From the NCBI GenBank assembly GCA_963724765.1, contig CAVRVY010000004.1, positions 1,280,001 to 1,344,000 of the forward strand: a DNA stretch of 64,000 nt, written 5' to 3'. Both the position numbers and the translations under genes were made by a program. This document shows positions 19,731 to 29,714 of this stretch, piece after piece. How positions within the stretch are numbered: the first letter of the stretch is position 1; each line of letters starts with the position of its first letter. This DNA comes from an uncultured delta proteobacterium (GTDB taxonomy: Bacteria > Desulfobacterota > Binatia > Binatales > Binataceae). The notes under the pieces are model-generated. The model was given only the letters and a program-made list of their open reading frames with translations. It searched no databases and was not told the origin of the DNA.

Positions 19731-20411
19731 CTAAGCCGCGCCGACGCGCGTGCTGACGCGTTGTGCCATCAGCGTTACTACCTCTTCGACACTCATCCGG
19801 CTCGCGTCGACGACTATTGCGTCGGCCGCGGGCCTTAGCGGCGCCAGCTCGCGGCCGCGGTCGCGCCGGTCGCGTTCGTGCAATTGCGCGAGTACTTCCG
19901 CGCACGCGATCTTAACCCCGCGCGCGTCCAGTTCGCGCCAGCGCCGCTCGGCGCGCACCTCGGCGCTGGCGTCGAGAAAAAATTTGAACTCGGCGTCGGG
20001 AAAGACCGCGGTGCCGATGTCGCGGCCTTCCATCACCACCCCGCCGCGTTCGCCGGCGGCGCGCTGCAGGTCGCGCATCCGCACCCGCACCGCCCCGAGC
20101 GTCGAAAGGCGTGACGCGTTCTCGCTCATCGCGGGCGATCCAATCTCGGCGCTTACGTCGCGGCCGTCGAGCATGATGCGCCCGCCGGAAAAATCAATCC
20201 GCGCCGCCTTGAGCAGCGCGTCGAGCTTGCCCTCGGCCTCGGGATCATCGTCGCCGATGCCGGCGGCGCGCGCCGCGACCGCGACCGCGCGGTACATCGC
20301 ACCCGTGTTGACGTACTCGAAGCCAAGCACCTCGGCCAGGCGCCGGGCGACAGTAGATTTGCCCGCGCTGACCGGCCCATCGATTGCGATTACCGGACGT
20401 GAGCGCGTCAC
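19731..20411 (-). CDS. cmk: Cytidylate kinase
   Basis: IAIDGPVSAGKST, TGAMYR, VMEGRDIGT. Confidence 0.96.
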   Translation of the reverse strand: MTRSRPVIAIDGPVSAGKSTVARRLAEVLGFEYVNTGAMYRAVAVAARAAGIGDDDPEAEGKLDALLKAARIDFSGGRIMLDGRDVSAEIGSPAMSENASRLSTLGAVRVRMRDLQRAAGERGGVVMEGRDIGTAVFPDAEFKFFLDASAEVRAERRWRELDARGVKIACAEVLAQLHERDRRDRGRELAPLRPAADAIVVDASRMSVEEVVTLMAQRVSTRVGAA

Positions 20412-21271
20412 TTGAGCCCCTCGCGCATCGCACGCCCGCGGTTGAAAATTTCCTCGAAGCGCGCGACGTCGCCGCTAGCAATCGCGCGCTCGAATTCATC
20501 CAGCGCGGCGCGAAAAAGTCCGAGCGACGCCAGGATCGCGTCGCGATTGGTCAACACGATGTCGCGCCACATCTCGGCCGACGACGCCGCGATCCGCGTG
20601 GTGTCGCGAAGACCTCCCGCGCCGTAGGCCGCCGCTTCGTGCTCGCCCACCCGCTCACCGCAAAGCGCCGCGGCGAGCGCGCTTGCGACCAGCTGCGGCA
20701 GATGGCTTGCGCGCGCGAGTATCTCGTCATGTTCATCGGGCGCCATCCGCTCTACCCGCGAGCCGGTCGCCCGCCACAACCGTTCGACCCGGCCGATCGC
20801 GTCCGGCGTGCTGCGCGCCGACGGCGTGATTATCGTGCGGCGTCCGATGAACAGGCTCTTGTCCGCGGCGCCCGCGCCGGTGCTTTCCTTGCCGGCCACC
20901 GGATGCACCGCGACCAGCGCCATCTTTGGGCCAAGCAGCGGCTCGAGTGCGCGCACCACCCATCCCTTGACGCTGCCGACGTCGGTTATCACCGCCGCGG
21001 GCGGAAGATACGGGATCATCGCAGCCAGCGTCTCGGGCATCGTGCGCACCGGCACCGCCAGCATCACCAGGTCGGCGCCGCGCGCGGCGGCCGCAGGATC
21101 GCGCGTCGCGTCGTCAATGATCCCACGCTCCAGCGCCACGTCGAGGTTCTTTTGCGTGCGGCCCAGACCGACCACGCGCTCGACCAAACCCTCGCGCTTG
21201 GCGATTAACGCGAGCGAGCCGCCGATAAGGCCGACCCCGCACACGGTCATCTGCTTGAACAGCGTGGTCAT
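20408..21271 (-). CDS. tyrA: Prephenate/arogenate dehydrogenase
   Basis: GVGLIGGS, TDVGSVK, HPVAG, SHLPQ, RDTTRIA; start corrected to MTTLFK. Confidence 0.93.
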   Translation of the reverse strand: MTTLFKQMTVCGVGLIGGSLALIAKREGLVERVVGLGRTQKNLDVALERGIIDDATRDPAAAARGADLVMLAVPVRTMPETLAAMIPYLPPAAVITDVGSVKGWVVRALEPLLGPKMALVAVHPVAGKESTGAGAADKSLFIGRRTIITPSARSTPDAIGRVERLWRATGSRVERMAPDEHDEILARASHLPQLVASALAAALCGERVGEHEAAAYGAGGLRDTTRIAASSAEMWRDIVLTNRDAILASLGLFRAALDEFERAIASGDVARFEEIFNRGRAMREGLK

Positions 21272-21500
21272 GGGGGTCAGTTCCAAACGTCCGTCGAAAC
21301 GCTGTGCGAAATGCCGGCCGAGACTCCAGCCAAGACTTCGGCCAGACCGGATCGAGACTTCAGGGATTGGAGCGTTGGGTAAGTCAAAGCGTGAGGTCAG
21401 ACAACCGCGGCCGCGCCGGGCGAGGTCCAAGACTAGCACATCGGGCAATGCCGCGCTCGTTTCAACGCGTCGAAAATTGTTAATTTTCCGAGAATCGCGA

Positions 21501-22613
21501 TTAGCGAGAAGGTTGACTCTGCAGCACGCGCTCGAGCGCAGCCACCATCCGATGATTCTCTTCCAACAGCCCAATACTGACACGGACGTGGCGCGGCAGC
21601 CCGTACCCGTTCATCGGACGGACAATTACCCCCTGCAGCAGAAGCTTTTCGTAAACCGTACGCCCCTCGCCGACCTCGACCAGGATAAAATTGGCCTGGC
21701 TCGGTAAAAACGGCAGGCCGAGGCGGCGGAACTCGCCCACCAGGTAGGTCATCCCGCTCGCGTTGACCTCCAGCGTGCGCCGCACGTGCTCATGGTCGTC
21801 CATCCCGGCCTCCACCGCGACCAGGCCGAGCGAGGTGATATTGAATGGCTGGCGCACGCTGTTGAGCAGGCGCGTGATGTCTTCGCGCGCCACCGAATAG
21901 CCCACGCGGAGGCCCGCGAGGCCGAAAATCTTCGAGAAAGTGCGCAGCGTCACCAGCATCCGGCGTCCGTCGTGATCCTCCATCGAGTCGGGATACTCGG
22001 GGTCGCGCACGAATTCGAAGTAGGCCTCGTCGGCGACGATCACCACGCGCTCGGGCACGCGCTCCAGGAAGCGCCGCCACTGGGCCTTGCGGTAGATGGT
22101 GCCGGTCGGATTGTTCGGATTGCCGAGGAACACCAGGCGCGTGTTGTCGTCGATCGCGGAGGCCATCGCGTCGAGGTCGAAGACGTAATCCTCGCGTAAC
22201 GGAACGACTTTGGCCGCGCCGCCCGAGGCCGCGATCGCAAGCTGGTAGATGACGAACGAGTGCTCCGCGATCACCGCGTTCAGGCCGGGACGCAAAAAAA
22301 GATAGACCAGCAGGTTCAGAATTTCGCACGAGCCAGAGCCCATGAAAATCCGATCCGGGCTAACCCGATGCTTGGCCGCAATCTTGTGGCGCAGCGTCCA
22401 GCTCGAGCCGTCGGGGTAGCGATGGAGGTCGCCAAGCGCAGCGCTAATCGCAGCCAACGCCTTGGGCGACGGACCGACCGGATTTTCATTGGAGGCGAGC
22501 TTGGCCGGCTCGCCGATACCCAGTTCGCGCTGGACCTCTTCGATAGGCTTGCCGGGCTCGTAGGGATGGAGCGCGGCAACCGCTGGCAAAACCAGATCGT
22601 CGGCTTTTATCAA
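21501..22613 (-). CDS. hisC: Histidinol-phosphate/aromatic aminotransferase
   Basis: KLASNENP, NPNNPTG, DEAY, RTFSKIFGLAGLRVGY. Confidence 0.96.
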   Translation of the reverse strand: MIKADDLVLPAVAALHPYEPGKPIEEVQRELGIGEPAKLASNENPVGPSPKALAAISAALGDLHRYPDGSSWTLRHKIAAKHRVSPDRIFMGSGSCEILNLLVYLFLRPGLNAVIAEHSFVIYQLAIAASGGAAKVVPLREDYVFDLDAMASAIDDNTRLVFLGNPNNPTGTIYRKAQWRRFLERVPERVVIVADEAYFEFVRDPEYPDSMEDHDGRRMLVTLRTFSKIFGLAGLRVGYSVAREDITRLLNSVRQPFNITSLGLVAVEAGMDDHEHVRRTLEVNASGMTYLVGEFRRLGLPFLPSQANFILVEVGEGRTVYEKLLLQGVIVRPMNGYGLPRHVRVSIGLLEENHRMVAALERVLQSQPSR

Positions 22614-22633
22614 GGCGCTTGCGGGCGGCCGCG

Positions 22634-23794
22634 CTAGGCGGCGGGCTGCCTTCCCTCAGGATACGATCCCAGTACTTTCAAAAAAAGGGCTTTGCGCTCG
22701 AGCGCGGCGAGCGCCCGCTTGAGGCCGGGGTCCTCGCGATTGCCCTGCAGATCGACGAAAAACAGGTACTCCCACGGGCGCGATCGCAGCGGGCGCGATT
22801 CGATTTTCGAAATGTTGATCCGGTTGCGCGCGAAGATGTTGAGCGCCTGGTTGAGCGCGCCGACCTGGTCGCGCACCGCGAACAGCGCGGTGGTCTTGTC
22901 CGATCCGCTGCGGCCGGCTGCAGTCCGCCCGATCACCAGGAAGCGCGTGGTGTTCTGCGCCGAGTCCTGGATGTTGCGCGCGACGACGCGCAATCCGTAG
23001 GGCGCCGCCGCCGCCTCCGACGCGATCGCCGCCGCATCGGGCTCGGCCGCCGCACGCTGCGCTGCCGCCGCGTTGGAGGCCGCCGCCTCGAGCCGGCAGC
23101 GCGGAAAGTTGGCGGCCAGATAGTTGCGGCACTGGCCTAGCGATTGCTGATGGGAATAAATGACGGCAATCGCCGCGGTGTCGCCCTCGCGCGACATCAG
23201 GGCGTGGCGAATCGGCAGCAGCACCTCGCCGATGATCACCAGCGGCGTGTCGATCAGCAAATCGAGCGTCAGCGTCACCGAGCCCTCGCTGGAGTTTTCC
23301 ACCGGCACCACGCCGAAGTCGGCGCGCGCGGTGTCGAGCGCCGCGAACACCGCAGCGATCGAGGGCTCGGCGGCAAACTCGGCGCTCGAACCGAAGCGCA
23401 GCCGCGCCGCCTCGTGCGAATAGGTATGCTCGGGGCCCAGATAGGCGACGCGCAGCGGATGCTCGAGCGCGGTGCAGGCCGAAATTATCTCGACAAAGAT
23501 GCGCCGCAGATGCTCGCTCGTAAGTGGCCCCGCATTGAGCGCCGTCACCCGGTCGAGAACCGCGCGCTCGCGCGCAGGCTGGTAGATCGCGGCGCCGCCG
23601 GCCTGCTTGAGATGGCCGATCGCCTGCGCGATTTTCGCGCGCTGGTTGAGCAGGCGCACCAGTTTGACGTTGATCGCGTCGATTTGCGTGCGCAGGCGGT
23701 CGAGCCCGGCGAGATCCATTGAATCTACCGAGCGTGCCGGCTTTGCGCCGGCGGGGTCTTTGGGTTTTCGCGATGCGCTTGCGGGGGACGCCAT
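22634..23794 (-). CDS. pheA: Chorismate mutase/prephenate dehydratase (P-protein)
   Basis: LRTQIDAI CM domain; YLGP, PVENSSEG, NTTRF, KIESRP, LGSYP; start uncertain (23719-23836). Confidence 0.94.
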   Translation of the reverse strand: MASPASASRKPKDPAGAKPARSVDSMDLAGLDRLRTQIDAINVKLVRLLNQRAKIAQAIGHLKQAGGAAIYQPARERAVLDRVTALNAGPLTSEHLRRIFVEIISACTALEHPLRVAYLGPEHTYSHEAARLRFGSSAEFAAEPSIAAVFAALDTARADFGVVPVENSSEGSVTLTLDLLIDTPLVIIGEVLLPIRHALMSREGDTAAIAVIYSHQQSLGQCRNYLAANFPRCRLEAAASNAAAAQRAAAEPDAAAIASEAAAAPYGLRVVARNIQDSAQNTTRFLVIGRTAAGRSGSDKTTALFAVRDQVGALNQALNIFARNRINISKIESRPLRSRPWEYLFFVDLQGNREDPGLKRALAALERKALFLKVLGSYPEGRQPAA

Positions 23795-23837
23795 ACTCGA
23801 TGCCATCTCGGGCGACGTTATATCGGAATATCGCAAA

Positions 23838-23872
23838 AGATGGCTAACCCAACAGGAGATGGCTAACCCAAC
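23838..23872. repeat. 16-bp exact direct repeat spanning the accA stop codon
   Basis: AGATGGCTAACCCAAC at 23838-23853 and 23857-23872. Confidence 0.9.
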
Positions 23873-24849
23873 GGGGGCTGATTTTCAACGCGCCGTCCCG
23901 AAATGAACGCCGTGCCCATCGCGGCGAATTTCTTCTCGCGCTCGCGGCGTAGTCGAATCGGGGAGAGTCGCGCGAGGCGCACGAGATGACGCTCGATCGC
24001 GTGGCCCAGGTCGCGCGCGGCGCGATTCGGGTCCTGATGCGCTCCGCCTGCCGGCTCCGGCACGACCTCATCGGCGACTCCGAGACGCAGCAGGTCAGGC
24101 GCCGAGAGCTTGAGCGCCGCAGCCGCGTCGGCCACCCGCTCCGGACCGCCCTCGCGCCACAGAATCGCCGCGCATCCCTCGGGCGTGATCACCGAATAGC
24201 AGGCGTTCTCCTGCATCAGGACGACGTTGGCGACTCCGAGCGCGAGCGCGCCACCCGAGCCGCCCTCGCCGATGACGCACGCGATGACCGGGACCTCCAG
24301 GCGCATCATCAGCTCCAGGTTGGCGGCGATCGCCTCGGCCTGGCCGCGCTCTTCCGCGCCCAACCCCGGCTCCGCACCCTGCGTATCTATAAATGTGATG
24401 AGCGGGAGCCCCATGCGGCTTGCGAGGTCGTACATCCGCGCCGCCTTGCGGTAGCCCTCGGGATGGGGCTTGCCGAAGTTGCGCCGGATCCGCTCCTGGG
24501 TCGAGCGGCCGCGCTGATGGCCGACGATCGCGACCGCACGGCGCCCGAAGTAACCCAGTCCCGCCACGATCGCGCAGTCGTCGGCGAAGCGGCGATCGCC
24601 GTGAATCTCGAAAAAGTCGCGCACCAGATGCTCGACGTAATCCAGGGTCTGCGGACGCGAGGGATTGCGCGCCAGGCGCACGCGTTCGATCGCGCTCGGA
24701 GCGGCCGTGACCGCCGCCGCGGCGGTCGATTCATTTGCAGCCGCGTCCTTAGAAGCCGCGTGCCGGGCATGGGCGGCGGAATTGCCCGCAACCGGATTGC
24801 CGATGCGCGCATTCGTCGCGCGCGGCCGGGGATGTGTCGATGTCGCCAT
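23863..24849 (-). CDS. accA: Acetyl-CoA carboxylase carboxyltransferase alpha subunit
   Basis: HGDRRFADD, PEGYRKA, AEERGQ, IGEGGSGGAL, YSVITPEG. Confidence 0.95.
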   Translation of the reverse strand: MATSTHPRPRATNARIGNPVAGNSAAHARHAASKDAAANESTAAAAVTAAPSAIERVRLARNPSRPQTLDYVEHLVRDFFEIHGDRRFADDCAIVAGLGYFGRRAVAIVGHQRGRSTQERIRRNFGKPHPEGYRKAARMYDLASRMGLPLITFIDTQGAEPGLGAEERGQAEAIAANLELMMRLEVPVIACVIGEGGSGGALALGVANVVLMQENACYSVITPEGCAAILWREGGPERVADAAAALKLSAPDLLRLGVADEVVPEPAGGAHQDPNRAARDLGHAIERHLVRLARLSPIRLRREREKKFAAMGTAFISGRRVENQPPLG

Positions 24850-24871
24850 AATAATTAAAGATGTAGCGCCC

Positions 24872-25891
24872 TCAGTGGCTCCGTGCTTGCGCGCGCGCGA
24901 AAAATGCGCCGAGCAAGTCGAAAGCTTCCTGTAGCCCGCGCTCCGCGTCAACCCATACGATCTCGGGCTCGGCGCGAAACCAGGTGAGCTGGCGCTTGGC
25001 GAGCCGGCGCGTGTCGCGCTTGGCGAGTTCGATCGCCTCGCCGAGCGTCATCTCGCCGCGCACGGCGGCGGCGATTTGCCGATAGCCGACGGTCCCAAGC
25101 GGCGCCTTGCCGGGATCGCATCCGGCCTCAAGCAGCGCGCGCACCTCGCCCACGAGGCCGCTCGCGACCATCGCGTCGAAGCGCCGGTTAATCGAGTCGT
25201 AGAGGCGCTTGCGCTCCATCGCGAGACCGACCGTCAGCGTCTCGTACTCGCGCGCGGCGAAACGATGGCTTTGCTGGTGGGCGCTTATCGGCTGACCCGT
25301 CAATCGGAAAACTTCGAGCGCGCGCACGATACGGTAGAGGTCGTGATGGCCGATGCGCTCGGCAGACGGCGTGTCGACTTCGGCCAGGCGCGCGTGCAGA
25401 TATTCCACGCCATGCTCGGCGGCGAGCGCCTCCAGTTCGCGGCGCACTTCGGGGGCGGCGGCAGGCCCGGCGAAGATTCCGCCGCGCAGCACGCGCAGAT
25501 AGAAACCGCTGCCGCCGACCACCATCACGTTGCGGCCGCGCAGCGCTATCTCCGCAATCGCCGCGCGCGCGAGCTTCAGGAATTCCGCCACGTCGAGCGG
25601 TTGGTCGATCGCGCGGATGTCCAAAAGATGATGCGGCACGCAGCGGCGATCCTCGGCGTCCGGCTTGGCCGTGCCGATATCCATTCCGCGATAGACCTGG
25701 CGCGAGTCCGCATTGACGATTTCCGCGTTAAGGCGCTCGGCAAGCGCCATCGCGGCGGCCGACTTGCCCACGCCGGTCGGCCCCACGATAAAGCCGATGC
25801 GAATTGCGCACGGCGCATCGGCGGCCTTCGCCGGCGAGGCCGCGTCGTCGTCGATTGAAGCTGCGGTAGTCACTGTCTCCGCCTGGTTCAT
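24872..25891 (-). CDS. miaA: tRNA dimethylallyltransferase
   Basis: GPTGVGKS, DSRQVYRGMDIGTAKP, AKRQLTWFR; follows mutL. Confidence 0.96.
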   Translation of the reverse strand: MNQAETVTTAASIDDDAASPAKAADAPCAIRIGFIVGPTGVGKSAAAMALAERLNAEIVNADSRQVYRGMDIGTAKPDAEDRRCVPHHLLDIRAIDQPLDVAEFLKLARAAIAEIALRGRNVMVVGGSGFYLRVLRGGIFAGPAAAPEVRRELEALAAEHGVEYLHARLAEVDTPSAERIGHHDLYRIVRALEVFRLTGQPISAHQQSHRFAAREYETLTVGLAMERKRLYDSINRRFDAMVASGLVGEVRALLEAGCDPGKAPLGTVGYRQIAAAVRGEMTLGEAIELAKRDTRRLAKRQLTWFRAEPEIVWVDAERGLQEAFDLLGAFFARAQARSH

Positions 25892-25894
25892 CGT

Positions 25895-27829
25895 TTACCG
25901 GCGGAACATCCGTTCGATAAGTCCGCGGCCCCATTGGATATGGACCGGGCGGCCGTGCGGGCAGTTGGTCTTGAACTCGGTGCGGTCAAGTTCTTCGAGC
26001 AGCGCCGAAATCTCGGGCTCGCGGAGCACGCGGCCCACCCGCACCGAGCCGTGGCAGGCAAGCTGTTTGAGCAGTTCCTCGAACGCCGTCGCACCGCTTA
26101 AGCGGAAGCCGTCCTCACCCATCGCGTCGATCATCTCGGTCAGCAGCCGCGCGCCGCCGTCGGCGCCGAAGACCGCGGGCGCGCCCTTGAGCAGCAACGT
26201 CGCCGGGCCGAACGGCTCAAGCTCGAAGCCCATCGCGCGAAACTCGCTCAGCGCCTGATGGACCTGCGGAGCGCGCGCGGGATTAAGCTCGATCGGCGCG
26301 GGCGTCAGCATCGCCTGCACCCGGATGCCGCCCGCGCGCAGTTCGGCGCGCAGCTTCTCGAAGGTCACACGCTCGTGCGCTGCGTGCTGGTCGACCAGGA
26401 TGAGGCCGTCGTCGCCCTCCAGCGCGATATAGCCGGCAAAGAGCTGGCCCACGACGCGCAGCCGCGAGTACATCGGAATCTGTCTTTCTGGGATCTGTTT
26501 CTCGCCGGGAGAGCCAGGCGGGACAACTTGTGGAACAACTTGCGGGACGACTTGCGAGACGATTTGCGCGCCGCCGTTTATTGCCGGGGCTGGCGTTATC
26601 GCAAGCGCCGCGGCGGAGTTATCGCTTGCGGGCGCGTCATAGAATGCGGCGGCTTCGGCGGCCCTGCTCGAAGTCCATTTGAGACCCGGCGCGCCGAGAC
26701 CCAGCACGCGCTGCTCGGCGCGGGCGAGAGCCGGCGCGTCGGGCACCAGCCGCAGCGCCGGCGCCGCCGATGAAGGCGCCCCTGAAAGTACGATCGGCGC
26801 GCCTGCCGCCGCACCGGCTTCCGTCTGATCGGCGGTCTGATCAGCAAGTCTTGCGCGCAGCGCATGATGAACCGCCTCGAAAACCGCGCCCGAGTTGCGA
26901 AAGCGCACCTCGGTCTTCATCGGATGCACGTTCACGTCGACGTCCTCGGGGCGCATCTCGATGAACACGGCCGTGGCGGGATAGCGGCCGCGCGGAATCA
27001 GCGTGTCGTAGGCCTGAACCACCGCGCGCTGGAGCACGCGGTCGCGCACCGCGCGCCGGTTGACGAAAGTGAAGACCATCCGCGGCGTCGGGTAGGAGTC
27101 CTGGCTGATAGTGGCAAGGCCGAAGACGCGCGCGCCGGCGCGTTGCGAGTCGAAGTGCAGCATCCGGGAGGCGACCTTCGCCCCATAAAGCTGGCGCATC
27201 CGCTCCAGCAGCGAGGCCGCGCGCGAAAGGTCGTAAACGACGCGGCCCTCGGCGGCGAGTTTAAATGCGACGCGCCAGTGGCCGATTGCGAGGCGCGCAA
27301 TCACCTCGGCCGCCGCCCCCTGTTCGGTCGCCAGCGTTTTGAGGAACTTGAGCCGCGCCGGGGTGTTGAAAAAAAGCTCGCGCACTTCGATTCGGGTGCC
27401 GGGCGCGGCCGCGCACTCGCGCGTCGTCGAGACCTCGCCACCGGCGGCAGCGATTTCGACTGCGGCCAGATCGGCAGGCCGCCGCGTGACCATCCTCAGG
27501 TGCGCGACGCTCGCGATCGAGGCCAGGGCCTCGCCGCGAAAACCCATCGTGCGGATCGCCGTGAGGTCGGCGGCATCGCGAATCTTTGAGGTCGCATGGC
27601 GGCGCAATGAGAGAATCGCGTCCTGCGGGCCCATCCCGCCGCCGTCGTCGCCGACCGCGATCAGGCCGGCGCCGCCGCGCTCGATCTCGATGCTTATCGA
27701 GCGGGCGCCGGCGTCGAGCGAATTCTCCACCAGCTCCTTGAGCGCCGAGGCCGGCCGCTCCACGACCTCGCCCGCGGCGATCTGGCTGGCGACCTGCTCG
27801 GGGAGAATATGAATCAGCCGCTCCGCCAT
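25895..27829 (-). CDS. mutL: DNA mismatch repair protein MutL
   Basis: IAAGEVVERP, GFRGEALASI, DQHAAHER endonuclease motif, ACH, CPHGRP. Confidence 0.97.
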   Translation of the reverse strand: MAERLIHILPEQVASQIAAGEVVERPASALKELVENSLDAGARSISIEIERGGAGLIAVGDDGGGMGPQDAILSLRRHATSKIRDAADLTAIRTMGFRGEALASIASVAHLRMVTRRPADLAAVEIAAAGGEVSTTRECAAAPGTRIEVRELFFNTPARLKFLKTLATEQGAAAEVIARLAIGHWRVAFKLAAEGRVVYDLSRAASLLERMRQLYGAKVASRMLHFDSQRAGARVFGLATISQDSYPTPRMVFTFVNRRAVRDRVLQRAVVQAYDTLIPRGRYPATAVFIEMRPEDVDVNVHPMKTEVRFRNSGAVFEAVHHALRARLADQTADQTEAGAAAGAPIVLSGAPSSAAPALRLVPDAPALARAEQRVLGLGAPGLKWTSSRAAEAAAFYDAPASDNSAAALAITPAPAINGGAQIVSQVVPQVVPQVVPPGSPGEKQIPERQIPMYSRLRVVGQLFAGYIALEGDDGLILVDQHAAHERVTFEKLRAELRAGGIRVQAMLTPAPIELNPARAPQVHQALSEFRAMGFELEPFGPATLLLKGAPAVFGADGGARLLTEMIDAMGEDGFRLSGATAFEELLKQLACHGSVRVGRVLREPEISALLEELDRTEFKTNCPHGRPVHIQWGRGLIERMFRR

Positions 27830-27926
27830 CTCAGCCCCCACCCTAAGGGAAGATTACAAACCGAGGGCAAAAGCATGGCAAAAGGATGGAACGTTTGCGC
27901 GGGCGACTCAAGCGCGGGGCCACCGT

Positions 27927-28688
27927 TCATTTCGCCATGTATCCACCGTCGACCGGCATCGCATGGCCGGTAACGTAGGAAGCCGCATCGGAGCACAGCC
28001 ATGCAACCGCCTCGCCGATCTCGGCCGGCTCGCCCAGGCGCTTGAGCGGTTCGGCCGAGGCGAAGCGCTGTTCCATATCAGGGCGGCCGGTCAACAGGCG
28101 GCCGAGCATCGGGGTGCGGATCGGCCCCGGGCATACGCAGTTGACCCGGACTTTTTCGCGCCCGTATTCGAGCGCCGCCGCGCGCGTCAGTCCGACCACG
28201 CCGTGCTTGCTCGCGACGTAGGCCGGAAGCCCCGGCGAGCCGGTGAGTCCGGCGACCGAGGCGGTGTTGACGATCGCGCCGCCGCCCTGGCGCAGCATGT
28301 GCGGGATTTCGGCCTTCATGCAGAAGAACACGCCGGTCAGGTTGACCGCGAGAGTGCGATTCCAGGTTTCCTCGGTGCAGTCGGCCACTTTCGCCATTCT
28401 GCCGTCGATCCCGGCGTTGTTGAATGCGCAATCGATCCGGCCCCAGGTCGAGAGGACCTTGGCGACAAGCGCCTCGACCTCGGCCATCCTGGAGACATCG
28501 GCGCGCGCGAAAATTGCCTCGGCGCCCGCCTGCTTGACCATCCGGAGCGTTTCCTCGCCACCCTCGGCCGCAATATCCGAGAGCATCAGCTTTGCGCCCT
28601 CGCGCGCAAAAATAAGCGCGGTCGCGCGTCCGATACCCGAGCCCGCGCCGGTAATCAGCGCCACCTTGCCATCCAACAGTATTGCCAT
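27927..28688 (-). CDS. Short-chain dehydrogenase/reductase
   Basis: TGAGSGIG, NNAG, YVASK. Confidence 0.93.
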   Translation of the reverse strand: MAILLDGKVALITGAGSGIGRATALIFAREGAKLMLSDIAAEGGEETLRMVKQAGAEAIFARADVSRMAEVEALVAKVLSTWGRIDCAFNNAGIDGRMAKVADCTEETWNRTLAVNLTGVFFCMKAEIPHMLRQGGGAIVNTASVAGLTGSPGLPAYVASKHGVVGLTRAAALEYGREKVRVNCVCPGPIRTPMLGRLLTGRPDMEQRFASAEPLKRLGEPAEIGEAVAWLCSDAASYVTGHAMPVDGGYMAK

Positions 28689-28945
28689 CGTGCGATGCCC
28701 TCCTTGGGAGCTTTTCGGTTTTTTCGGGGAGTTTTGGGATTTTCCCGGGTTTTTCGATGGATCTTCCTGGTGATTTACTGGGATCCTCCGCTCGGGGCCG
28801 TCTGCCCATATCGGAGGCGCGGGCCTCCTTTATCCCTCTTTGATTCTGCCGCCCAAGCGGATATCGTGAGCCCTCGACCCAGATTCAATCAGCAATCAAA
28901 TAGAGCGCGAATCAAGCGCCATCAAGCGGACCAACGGAATATCAG

Positions 28946-29185
28946 ATGCGAACTTGTGAGATTTGCGGAAAACGTCCCTCCGTCGGCAACAACGTCAGCC
29001 ACGCCAACAACAAGACCAAGCGCCGATGGCAGCCCAATCTGCAGGAAGTGCGCACGGCGGCTGGCGGCGGGGTCAAACGAATCCTGGTTTGCACGCGATG
29101 CATCCGTAGCGGCCGGGTCACCAAGGTTGCGCCCGGCGCCCAGGCGCGGCACGCGGCGGCGGCCGCCGCCGCCAAACCGTCCTGA
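28946..29185 (+). CDS. rpmB: 50S ribosomal protein L28 (Zn-ribbon form)
   Basis: [27 protein letters not shown]...CTRC. Confidence 0.96.
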   Translation: MRTCEICGKRPSVGNNVSHANNKTKRRWQPNLQEVRTAAGGGVKRILVCTRCIRSGRVTKVAPGAQARHAAAAAAAKPS

Positions 29186-29213
29186 CGGAACCTGCGCGGT
29201 CTGACGCACTAAT

Positions 29214-29352
29214 CCGAACGTCCCAGCGGACTGACCCGCATGTCCGATCCGAACGCTTGCTCGAACGTCCTATTCGAACATCTATTCGAACGCGCTGCCC
29301 GAACGTCTTACGCGGACATCTTGGCGGCCTGACCCGAACGTCCTAGCGGACT
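29214..29352. repeat. CGAAC repeat array bounded by about 19-bp direct repeats
   Basis: GAAC at 29216, 29251, 29263, 29276, 29288, 29301, 29336; CCGAACGTCC(C/T)AGCGGACT at 29214 and 29334. Confidence 0.8.
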
Positions 29353-29714
29353 TGACGGACTTCGCCAAGCAGCGCAAGCATCCGCTCGGGCGGGCGTCCA
29401 ATCACCGCCTTGTCACCCTTGACGACTATCGGACGCTGCATCAGCTCCGGATGCTTTAACAACAGCGCGACTACGGCGTCGGCCGTGACGTAGACCGCAG
29501 GCTTGAGGCCCAGCTCCTCGAAGCGGCGATCCTTGCGCACCAGTTCAGCGGGCGGCGTATCGAGCATCGCCACGATGCGCTCGAGCGTGGTCCGGTGGAG
29601 CGGAGTTTTAAGATACTCGACGATGTCGAACTCGACACCTTGCGCGCGCAACAACTCCAGTGCGCCGCGTGAATTCCCGCAAGCGGGATTATGATAGAGA
29701 GTCACCTTCTTCAT
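29343..29714 (-). CDS. ArsC/YffB-family arsenate reductase-like protein
   Basis: LYHNPACGNSR, YLKTP, HPELMQRPIV, IGRPPE. Confidence 0.88.
   Translation of the reverse strand: MKKVTLYHNPACGNSRGALELLRAQGVEFDIVEYLKTPLHRTTLERIVAMLDTPPAELVRKDRRFEELGLKPAVYVTADAVVALLLKHPELMQRPIVVKGDKAVIGRPPERMLALLGEVRQVR

Noticed and set aside
18021-19838. 605-aa ORF on the + strand opposite rpsA (and similar long antisense ORFs opposite the VWA gene, bamA, the RND gene and moaA)
   Set aside because: Shadow ORFs expected from high-GC codon bias; no recognisable motifs
21272-21583. 103-aa N-terminal extension of TyrA in the ORF track
   Set aside because: Overlaps hisC and looks non-coding; homology begins at MTTLFKQ (21271)
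29214-29352. Possible mini-CRISPR array
   Set aside because: Units of 12-13 bp are too short, there are no unique 30-40 bp spacers and no cas genes
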